DNA from: Candidatus Bathyarchaeota archaeon | GTDB taxonomy: Archaea; Thermoproteota; Bathyarchaeia; Bathyarchaeales; Bathycorpusculaceae | Length of the DNA stretch: 64,000 nt | Reading direction: 5' to 3' | Assembly: GCA_963767735.1 (NCBI GenBank) | Contig: CAVYES010000009.1 | Span: 1-64,000, forward strand | Part shown: positions 28,336 to 37,517 of the stretch, piece by piece | Numbering within the stretch: the first letter of the stretch is position 1 | Layout: each line of letters begins with the position of its first letter | The notes under the pieces: generated by a model | Seen by the model: the letters and a program-made list of their open reading frames with translations, nothing else | Told to the model about the DNA's origin: nothing | Database searches by the model: none | Made by a program: the position numbers and the translations under genes

Positions 28336-30430
28336 CCTTATCGAAGAAATACATAAAATTCAGCCATCGTCAAGGGTTCTATTTACTACTTACAAGTACA
28401 ATCAATCCTTTTTTGAAAAGTACGTTTTCTCACGTTTCCGTGGAAAATCGCTGCCTTTAGTTTTGATGGATTACTATGAGTACCAAAATGTCCTGAGGGA
28501 ATCTGGGAAGTCTACTCTGGCAGGTACTCGTTATTTGATAGACTCTATACGACTAGAGAATGGAACGTTCCATCCAAAGTTAGTTGTTGCTTGTTCAGAT
28601 AAAGAAATCAAGATTATCGTAGGTAGCGCCAACTTAACACATGCAGGTTTCTCCAAAAATGCAGAGATATGCGCTGTTGAAACCATTCCTTTTGACAAAC
28701 GCCGTGAATACCCCATTTTGTTTGATCTATGCAATTTCTTAAGAATTCTCGCAGATACAGTAGAGAGCAAACGATTCAAGCAAGAAATTGAAGGATTGCT
28801 GAACAAAATCGACCTCAACCAGCAATCGAGCGCTAAAAAAGATACTATTCAACTACTACATAGTTTAGAAGAACCTATACTAAACCAAGTCAGAACTAAC
28901 ATTAAAGAAAAAGTGACGAAGGTTATAGTACTGTCGCCTTTTTTCTCTCAAAATCAAACGCTCTATAACACTATTGCTGAGAGCTTTTCCGAGCAGATGG
29001 AATTTATTGTCCAAATAGGGAACAACAATTTCCCAGTTAATGCAATAGCGAAATGGAGCAGAATTAACAAGGTTCATTTTTCTTCAATTGGTTTTAAAGA
29101 CAGTCGCGACCTGCATGGCAAAGTAATTCTTTTCCATACTAACTCTGAGGTGTTTGGACTAATAGGAAGTGCAAACTTTACAGAAAGCGCCTTAATGCAT
29201 TCAAGCGAAAATGGAGGAAACGTAGAGGCATCCTTGCTTTTGAGAGCTCAACCCAAGAACTTTGATTACTTGTTCGACTCTAACATCTTATCATTAAGCA
29301 AGATTGGTCTAGATGACGTAAAGCCAGTTGCTAATCCCTTAACTGCAAAGCCTACAAGCGATTTCCGAATTATAGATGCGAACGTTGTTGGCGATAAACT
29401 TGTCATATCCATTGATTACAAGTCTTCAACTGGGGCATTTAAAGTCAAAATTAATGTTAACAATTTATCCCGAGAAATTTTGTTAGACGTAAACACAGAA
29501 AATATTTCCGTAGAACTATCACCTTCCGATTTGCAAGCCTTATCAGCAAGTTCAATTGTCTCCATGTCAATCAACGACGGACATCGAGAGCTTTCTTCAG
29601 ACCTAAGGTTAATACATAAACCTCTATATTTCCCCGACCAGTTCGCTGCGTTAAATTCGATTGCCGACGAAGACGAAAGAACTTGGCTGTTTAAAATCTT
29701 AACAAGGTATGCTGCACTGCCAAACCTTAGTTATGTTATGCCCATAATTGAGCGGTTAGAGAGTTACGGCTTCTTTGACCTGGATAGGGCGTGTAAGGAA
29801 GAGATTTTATGGTTACTCCAAGCCCAATTAATGAATATCAAACCTTATTCTGCCTCAGAACAATTCACCAGCTTAATTGACCGCTTAAAGAATAGACATA
29901 AGAGCCGAATGGAAAATGCTATGAAATCTAGAAAAATTGACGAGCTTCCAATTGTTATCAGTTCCTTTTTGATGATCAATAAACTCTGTATTTGGCTTGT
30001 AAGAAAAAGCTACCAGGATATTGAGTATCTTCGATGGGTAAGATGGTACATTGAATTCTTGCTCCTAAAACAGTTTATCAATTTAGAAGATGGCGATCAA
30101 GTGAAGATTGTCACTGAAAACAAACTTCTAGCTCACGTTGCCATGCTGTCTTACATAGTGGATTATTATCAGAGAGAATCGCCGAAGTTTCGGGGAATAG
30201 GCAGAAACTATACTAAGGAATATTTTGAAGCTACATTTGTTGATGCTATTCAGTTTTTAAGGAAAGCTGGGGAAGTTCACCTTAAGGACGATTTGCAGTC
30301 TCTTGCGCAAGAATACTCTGATGTTTCACCAGAAATAGACTACTCTCTATCGCGAATAATGGGTAGATTAAATGAAGTCATAAGAACCGTTAACCTTCAT
30401 AAATCAGCCTCTTACCCTCTATTTGCTTGA
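28319..30430 (+). CDS. PLD-superfamily nuclease with two HxK...GSAN motifs and a long C-terminal region
   Basis: FTTY, FHPKLVV...IVGSANLT..G...NAE; LSPFF; LHGKVIL...IGSANFT...NVEA. Confidence 0.88.
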   Translation: MKEAIDLIEEIHKIQPSSRVLFTTYKYNQSFFEKYVFSRFRGKSLPLVLMDYYEYQNVLRESGKSTLAGTRYLIDSIRLENGTFHPKLVVACSDKEIKIIVGSANLTHAGFSKNAEICAVETIPFDKRREYPILFDLCNFLRILADTVESKRFKQEIEGLLNKIDLNQQSSAKKDTIQLLHSLEEPILNQVRTNIKEKVTKVIVLSPFFSQNQTLYNTIAESFSEQMEFIVQIGNNNFPVNAIAKWSRINKVHFSSIGFKDSRDLHGKVILFHTNSEVFGLIGSANFTESALMHSSENGGNVEASLLLRAQPKNFDYLFDSNILSLSKIGLDDVKPVANPLTAKPTSDFRIIDANVVGDKLVISIDYKSSTGAFKVKINVNNLSREILLDVNTENISVELSPSDLQALSASSIVSMSINDGHRELSSDLRLIHKPLYFPDQFAALNSIADEDERTWLFKILTRYAALPNLSYVMPIIERLESYGFFDLDRACKEEILWLLQAQLMNIKPYSASEQFTSLIDRLKNRHKSRMENAMKSRKIDELPIVISSFLMINKLCIWLVRKSYQDIEYLRWVRWYIEFLLLKQFINLEDGDQVKIVTENKLLAHVAMLSYIVDYYQRESPKFRGIGRNYTKEYFEATFVDAIQFLRKAGEVHLKDDLQSLAQEYSDVSPEIDYSLSRIMGRLNEVIRTVNLHKSASYPLFA

Positions 30431-30525
30431 TTCAGTTATGTTTAGTGTTTGAGCGAGAAAAAATGTTCCAGACAAAAGATTTACTTGTCTGTAATTCTCT
30501 TTAGGAAATAGCAGAGGGTGTTAGT

Positions 30526-32715
30526 TTGGGGATACAGTCAAATATCTTCTTAGGCAAACGAGCCTTCAATGATCCGACTCTTAAAGTAGATATTTATCGC
30601 ATTGAAGGAATCCCAAACGATAGCGACCGTTTTAAAAACATAAGCAGAGTTAAAGATGCACTTTCTCAAAAACTAAGAACGTTAGTTGTCTTATACTCCC
30701 CTGGAGACGTAGATTATGCACTAGCATTTCAACCGTCTTCAACCACAGAAATTAAGGGAACTCTTGGCTCGGTCAAGCTTGAGAAAAAAGATATCGCATT
30801 ATTTGATTATCCGCAGCAGTTACGCGAACTTCATTACGAAGCAACAAGAAATAGCTTGGAAAAGTATGGTTTATGGAGACAAGGCTATAACATTTATTTT
30901 GAGCCTTATCCAGAAAAAACGATGGACGAATTTGAAATCTATCGCGGCATGTGGTTTAGATACGACCTTATTGGCAATAACATTGAGTTAGCTATTAACC
31001 CAATGACTAAAGTGACCAGTAGGAGCACAGTTTGGGAATTAATTTCCAAATTTGGACAAGAACAAGCTAAAAAAAGATTAACTTACCGACATGTCTTAGC
31101 CACTCAGGAAAAAGGAAAAGCAATCTATCAAATCGTTAGGTTGGACTTCAGTAAAACGGTTAATACAAAATGCATTCCAATTGGTGACAAAAACTACAGC
31201 GTCAAAGAATATTTCAAAAGGCCAGGCGGAAGACCAGAGTTAGCGAATTTAGTATCAGACGCAGAATGCGTAGTCTTTGTAAAAAGAGGCCTTGATGGCA
31301 AGGAACTGAGCATGGCTCCAAGCCTCTTAAAGCTTATCCACAAGACGGATGACTTTCCAAAAGAACGAACATTACGTCAAGAGCTGCAAAGTGAGGTTTT
31401 TCTTTCAGCTGAGAGACGTCAAATTTTAACTCAAAAGTTCTTAACTATACTAAATCCCTTATGGCTTGGCAAAATATCCAATGAATTTGAGACAGCTGAC
31501 ATATCAACAACAAAGGAAACAGGCGTACTTTCTGCACCTAAATTAATTTTTGGGGGCAAACAAGTAGTTACTCCAGATTTTGCAAGTTATGGTGCCTTTA
31601 TGAAAGGCGCCTTACGAAAGTTTGGTCCAGCCAAGAAAGCTGCTTTTTCTAGCAATGCATTGTTAATAGTTCACCCGTCAACTGTTTCCAAAGGCATAAT
31701 AAAAAACTTCTATGATGATTGTAAGGAAGTCTCAAAAGAGTTTTTCCGCACATATCTGCCTGACAAGCCTACCTCGTATAGCTATCCTGATTTTGATGTA
31801 AGAAAAGAGTACGAGTCTTTCAAGAGTAATATTGACGCTGTTTTATCAGTTATTCAGTACGAAGGAGATACTGACCGATATCTAAACTTTAAGGAGTGGT
31901 TTGATAAGCCCAATCAAGTGCTTACTTACCGAGTCATAGATGAAAGATATCGCTTACCAAGAGAACAAATGGGAAAATATCAAAATTTACTTCTTAATGT
32001 CTGTGCTGGATTGCTGGGTAAAATGGGTGGGAGACCTTGGGTGCTAGATGCAAAACTAAGCGCTGATTTTTATGTAGGGCTAGATGTTGGTGGTGACAAA
32101 AATGCAAGAGTTGCTTGTTACACTTTCTTCGATGGCTATGGCAATTATATCCGTGAAGAATGGAGACCGCAACGGGCCGAGGGGATTAATCCGCAAGAAC
32201 TCAAGAGAATTGTTGTCAATACAATTGCAGGATACGGTAATCGACTTAACCGCATTGTTTTTCATAGGGATGGACAATTTACAGATGAAGAACTAAGAGG
32301 TATAGATACCATTAATTCTGAACTAGTCTCAAATGGAACTATTTCAAATGATGCGAGATTAACATGTGTTAACATTAAGAAGAATGTACCCTTCCGACTG
32401 TATGATGCTGAAGGCAAGCAACATAGTGGATGCAAAATCGGCTCTTATCTGATTCTAGATGAACATAACGGTATAATTGCAAATTCGGGGGCGCCATTAT
32501 TAAGGCAAGGGATGGCTCGACCGATATTGGTAGAAACTGTTAAACCCTTTGATAACACCGATATAAAGACAGCCTTACAAGATATCTATTACTTATCTTT
32601 CATGCATTGGGGGTCGATAATGACTAAGATGAAGCTTCCCGCGACTTTACGCTATGCTGATGCACTCACGCCATTTGCATTAAGAAACATCCGGATTACA
32701 GGAGTGCCTCTTTAG
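30526..32715 (+). CDS. ago: Long prokaryotic Argonaute (N-PAZ-MID-PIWI), predicted catalytically active
   Basis: PAZ-like SVKEYF; MID Y-K-Q-K (YLNFK, PNQV, GKMGGRPW); PIWI tetrad GLD520V, E552, HRD582G, YAD712; LSFMHW and LPATL. Confidence 0.95.
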   Translation: MGIQSNIFLGKRAFNDPTLKVDIYRIEGIPNDSDRFKNISRVKDALSQKLRTLVVLYSPGDVDYALAFQPSSTTEIKGTLGSVKLEKKDIALFDYPQQLRELHYEATRNSLEKYGLWRQGYNIYFEPYPEKTMDEFEIYRGMWFRYDLIGNNIELAINPMTKVTSRSTVWELISKFGQEQAKKRLTYRHVLATQEKGKAIYQIVRLDFSKTVNTKCIPIGDKNYSVKEYFKRPGGRPELANLVSDAECVVFVKRGLDGKELSMAPSLLKLIHKTDDFPKERTLRQELQSEVFLSAERRQILTQKFLTILNPLWLGKISNEFETADISTTKETGVLSAPKLIFGGKQVVTPDFASYGAFMKGALRKFGPAKKAAFSSNALLIVHPSTVSKGIIKNFYDDCKEVSKEFFRTYLPDKPTSYSYPDFDVRKEYESFKSNIDAVLSVIQYEGDTDRYLNFKEWFDKPNQVLTYRVIDERYRLPREQMGKYQNLLLNVCAGLLGKMGGRPWVLDAKLSADFYVGLDVGGDKNARVACYTFFDGYGNYIREEWRPQRAEGINPQELKRIVVNTIAGYGNRLNRIVFHRDGQFTDEELRGIDTINSELVSNGTISNDARLTCVNIKKNVPFRLYDAEGKQHSGCKIGSYLILDEHNGIIANSGAPLLRQGMARPILVETVKPFDNTDIKTALQDIYYLSFMHWGSIMTKMKLPATLRYADALTPFALRNIRITGVPL

Positions 32716-33870
32716 CAACTCCTCATATATTCGCGATAGATCCAGCCCATTTTCTTCTAGGGCAAGTGCGCATATAGTAGATACTAAGTCTTGGCTTGGA
32801 ACTTCACAATTCTCAATCGCTCTTCTGGCCGCCAGAATCTCAGTCCATTTTTCGTCAATTCCCGTTGGAATTATAGTTGTGGCGATGCAATCAAGTGCTG
32901 TTTTTACAACTTCATCATCGGTGATGACCATGGAATTAGGAGTCGATACCGTATGAGCGTATGAATCCCATGTATTCTGGTAATTGCTAATATCAATGTC
33001 TGATAAGTTAAGCGCGTTTAAAGTATCAGCCATGAATTTTACTCGCAGGTTAGAGGGTGGATGAGTGGCTTCTACTCGGTTTGGCTGACTATCGAGTGCA
33101 ATTAGCATAAACTGAAGCAGGAAGGCAGGTCCAAGAGTTTTTACGGCGAAGCAGTCAGATACAAGTTCAGGTATCCAATGCTGAGCCCATATGTAGCGTG
33201 CCTGTTCAAGGATGGTTTCATCTACGTTTGGCGGTCTATTCTGCGAGAGTTTCCTTAATACTTGGGGGATAACGTTTGAACTTATTTCATATTCGTTCTT
33301 ATGGTAGAAAACATGTCCAATTTCGTGGGCTAATAACACGGTTTTACGTAAATTTTTTACTTCACTGTAACTCCCGAAAATCACGTCTTTTCTTTGTTCC
33401 CATTCGATTGGTAGGCAGGCGTAGCTTTCTCCAATTATGGTCATTACTTGACCATTTATATGGCTAAGTTGCATAACATCGCTAACAAAATTCATCAGTA
33501 GTCGATGGTGTTGTTTTGTCTCTGTTGCTGTCTCTTTGATTGTTCCAAACTGGAATTAACGGCAGAAAAGTATCGAGCCCTATCCTAATTCTCCTTTCAA
33601 TGTCTTCAAAATCTCTCAGTATGGCTGCAAGAAGGCTCCTTTGGTGACCCTCTTGAACAGGTCCGGATTGACTAAAATGTGATGATTGAGCAAATAAAGA
33701 GAATTCTTCCTTTGCTTGTTCCACTCTACTTCGAAGGGAATCTGTCCAGCTTTGCAGTGGTTCAGATAACTTCGAAGAATCGGATCTGGGGCCTTTATTT
33801 CAGTGATTACTTGTTGAGCAAACGTAATTTTTGACAGAAGATCTTCTGCCTTTTGGTCAAGCAAGTACAT
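32680..33870 (-). pseudogene. HEXXH zincin-like protein (~395 aa) split by two frameshifts (33616-33870, 33482-33724, 32680-33495)
   Basis: LLAHEIGH, ELVSDCFA...GPAF, THPP...R (M48/Lit-like architecture). The 3' end overlaps the ago 3' end by 36 bp. Confidence 0.7.
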
Positions 33871-33873
33871 TGG

Positions 33874-34356
33874 TTATCTTGCTTCTGCCGTGAAGATGTG
33901 GACTCTTGAAGTAGCTTTTGATGCTTCTTCTGAAGTGGAGTTGGCTATTATTTCCAGAAAGTCTTCGGCTTCTTCGTGGTTCACAGTTTTGCCTTTTTTG
34001 AAGTCTTGCAGTTCTGCAACTGAATCTTTGAGCATTTTTTTTAGAACTATTTGACTATTTACTTTTCTACCTTGTGAGAGGACATACAATACCGATAATG
34101 CCTCAGGTGATATAGCTTCCTGCCTTTCTTTTGCCTCAAGTGTCTGAAGCATCATGTCCAACAGTTTGATCCCATTGTCTATTTTCACTATCTGCACTTT
34201 GCCAACTGGCTGCTGCGCTTCCCTTGCAATTTCTACAAAATGAATCCCTATTAGTGCGTCGTTTGCCAATTTAGATGCATCTAAGAAAGTCTGGGCATCC
34301 CGCATTAATTGCCATTGGCGCGTCATTGCAAACGTTCCTCTTTGTAAAGAATACAC
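33874..34356 (-). CDS. Hypothetical helical protein, operonic partner of the HEXXH gene
   Basis: 160-aa ORF ending 3 bp before the HEXXH start; TTTAAA TATA-like box upstream (~34375-34381 on the minus strand). Confidence 0.65.
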   Translation of the reverse strand: MYSLQRGTFAMTRQWQLMRDAQTFLDASKLANDALIGIHFVEIAREAQQPVGKVQIVKIDNGIKLLDMMLQTLEAKERQEAISPEALSVLYVLSQGRKVNSQIVLKKMLKDSVAELQDFKKGKTVNHEEAEDFLEIIANSTSEEASKATSRVHIFTAEAR

Positions 34357-34514
34357 TTACTTTCTAAAAAGACTTTTTAAATATTTTGGATAGAATTCGA
34401 TTCACTTATCCGTTGCAGAATTAAGGAACCTATTATTCATTCGAGTTTAAACTTTTATCCAGACCTTAACTATAAGCAAACTTGAAAGGCTATGCAGAAA
34501 CCGATGTTTTCTGA

Positions 34515-37483
34515 TCATCGATCACAGAGGCAGCCGTAGTCGCAGTGGTTACATTCCCAGCTCTCTTTAGGCTCAAACTGTCCAGCCTTGATTTTAGCCG
34601 CTATATCTGCGAGTTCCGTTTTTAGTGCATCAATAGCTTGATCTTCTGGCTTAAAGAACACTTTCTCGTTGGAACGCAAAAACCAGTCGCCCACCAAAGG
34701 TTTGCTGCCATACACCTCGTTAACTGCAATCGTGTAAACCAACAGTTGCATGTCTTTTTTGAGTTCATTTAAAGACTGAGCTTTTTTGCTTGTTTTATAG
34801 TCGATAACCGTGAAATCGGAGCCTTCTTTGTCAATGCGGTCAATTCGCCCATTCACCTGCACATTATTAATTGTGGTTTTAAACCAACGCTCAATATCAA
34901 CTATCTCTGACTTGCTCTTAGCTTGCTCATCCAGAAAGACCTTGAGAATCGCTTTAGCCTCTTTAAAGTCCCTCTTTTCATCGATTCGCGATTTGTAGCC
35001 TTTAGGGTCCCAGTATTTTTGGAGCAGCTCAAAGGCGACATCTTGGTTAATGGGTTTACCCTCCTTTAAGCAGCTTAGTGAGCTGTTCTACTATATTGTG
35101 GATGGAGGCGCCAAAGTCAAAGTAGTAGCGGGGCTTCTCGGGGATTTTCATTAGGTATCGGTATTGGTAGAGTCTTGGGCATTTTTTGTAAGAGATGAAT
35201 TGTGAGACGCTAAAGAGATGATCTGCCGAGAATTGTGACTGGTTTTTCTTCGCAGACTTGCTCAAGTATGCTGTAGTTGGGTTCTTTGATTTGTGCGATT
35301 ATTTCTTTGATGTCGCGGTCTCTGTTTTGGCATTTAGCAATTAATAAAATATTTTCTACTGCCTTGCCATAGTTTTCAGATTTGACTGAAGACATGAGGT
35401 TTGTTAGTAGGGTTGTTTGGGTTTGGTTTTCTTTTGTTACACACTCCGCTGATTGCTCTCAGGGTCGGCTTGCAGGAAAGCAATATTTTCGTTTTGAGTG
35501 TAATCGATTTCGTTTAGGAATTTGGACGGTTTGGAGTCAGTTTTGTTCTCGCCGTACCTTTTAGCGTAAGTTATGAAAAGTTTGTCTTTGGCTCTGGTTA
35601 TTGCTACATAGAAGAGTCGCCGCTCCTCTTGGAGGTGCAGTTCCTTCTCGTCAAATATTGATTTTACGCCCTTAAGCAGCTCCTGGAGGGATTGGAAACT
35701 TGTCTTTCTGATGAGGTAGTTGGAAGCTTGCGTTCAACCAGGTCTGGGATTATCACGACGGGGTACTGCATTCCTTTGACTCCGTGAATAGTCGAGATGA
35801 TAATAGCTTGTTCGTCTATGTTTCTCTCTTCGATTTCAAAGTTTGAGGCATAAGACAGGTAATCTGTGAAGTCATCGATGTCATTATCAGGGTAGAGACT
35901 GTCAAATTCTTCAGCGAACGCATAGAACTGGTTTAGGAGCTGAATATTTCGGTGGTTTTGGAGCGCTATCTCGTATTTGTAGAATTCGAGCTCAAAAAGG
36001 AGGTTATGGATGAGGTCGAGTGTTCGCAGCCTCTTCTTATTTTTCAATATCTCCTTTAGAACTTGCTTCAGTGCAAGAAACTTGAATTTATCAACTTCTA
36101 ATTCGTTAAGGTGGTCAAAGGCTTCGTATAACGAGATGTCTTTGTGGCCTGCATATGAGTTGAATTTTGAGATGTCAACAGGGCTAATGTTGTAGCGGTG
36201 CAGGATCCTAACAAGTTCCGCATTGCTCTCCAGCGGGTTGCTTGCAACTTTTAGATAGGCTGTAACGTCTTTGATTATGGGTTCTTGGAAAAAGCCCGTT
36301 TCGCCTACAAAGTTGAAGGGTATGTTTTGTTTTCTTAGTGCTTTAATTATTGGTTCAGCGCTTGCTCTTCGCCTGCACAGAACAGCTATATCCTTATGGG
36401 AATGTGATTTTAATTGTTCTTTGATTGTTTCAAGGACATAGTTTGCCTGCGAATTATCCGTCGGAGTTTCAACGACCGCGACTTTTTCGCCTTGTGGATT
36501 GTTTGTGAACAGGTTCTTTATTGTCCGCTCTGGACTGCTCTCGATTAGTTTGTTGGCTACAAAGACGATGTTTTTGGTGCTTCTGTAGTTGTGTTCCAAG
36601 GCTTTTTCTGTATAAGTTGGGAACATTTGTTTGAATTCCGCTATATTAGTTAGATATGCGCCTCGGAATCGGTAGATACTTTGGTCATCATCTCCCACGA
36701 CCGTTATGTGCCCGTGGTTTTTAGCTATCAAATAAACAATCTGCAGTTGAATATAGTTAGTATCTTGGAACTCATCAACAATAACGTATTGGAACCTGTC
36801 TTGATAACGCTTTAAAATCAACGAGTTATTTTTGAGCAGGTTGTATATTGTGCAGAGCATGTCGCCAAAATCAAGCATATTATTTTTTATTTTGTAGTCT
36901 TCGTAGGACCGGTAAATCTTTAGAATATCTTTGAGGTTATTTAGCGAAATTTGCTCTTCGTCATCAAGAGATTTTTTCTCTTGCGTTGCAACCCATTTCT
37001 CCAGGTCATCAGCAGTTATAGCTTCATCTTTGCACCTAGAAATGAACTTCTTAACTTCTTCCGCTAATGTGTAGGGCTCATGATTAAACTCCAAAAATTC
37101 GATGCCAAACTTGTTAATGTTCTTGGTAAAATAAACTAGCTGAGCCGTATCAGTAATAACTCTATAGTTAGCGTTAAGTTTGGTGTTTAAGAGATTATCC
37201 TGTATAACTTGGTTACAAAACGAGTGGAAAGTCGATATACTCAAATCCTCTGAATTCCCCAGCATACTGATAACTCTTTCTTTCAGCTCTTCAGCGGCTT
37301 TCTGGTTAAAAGCTAACGCCAAAATATTTTCAGGCTTAATGTCCTTTCAATTAAATAAGCAATTTTGCTTGCCACTGTGAGAGTCTTGCCTGAGCCAGCA
37401 CCTGCAATTATAATGAGAGGCTTCTCAATTTCTCTGACTGCTTCTTGCTGCTGGGTATTCAAATTATCAAAAAGTTTAGCCAT
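34515..37483 (-). pseudogene. UvrD/PcrA-type SF1 helicase fused to a C-terminal PD-(D/E)XK nuclease with four Cys (AddB/Cas4-like), multiple frameshifts
   Basis: Manual N-terminus LNTQQQEAV...AGAGSGKT; TFHSF, VDEFQD, VGDDDQSIYRFRGA, NYRS, STIHGVKG; C-terminus S.SQ..SY..CPR, GRIDRID, IDYKT, QL..Y, C..C....LC. Confidence 0.85.
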
Positions 37484-37517
37484 CCAGTTACACCACGGAC
37501 CAGTTTTATCATCTAAA

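Noticed and set aside
34515-34862. Stand-alone Cas4
   Set aside because: It is the frameshifted C-terminus of the UvrD fusion; upstream fragments continue the same protein.
30526-37483. Calling the Ago + helicase-nuclease a DdmDE system
   Set aside because: DdmE is catalytically inactive and DdmD is an SF2 helicase co-transcribed with it. Here Ago is intact and the helicase is SF1, on the opposite strand and two genes away.
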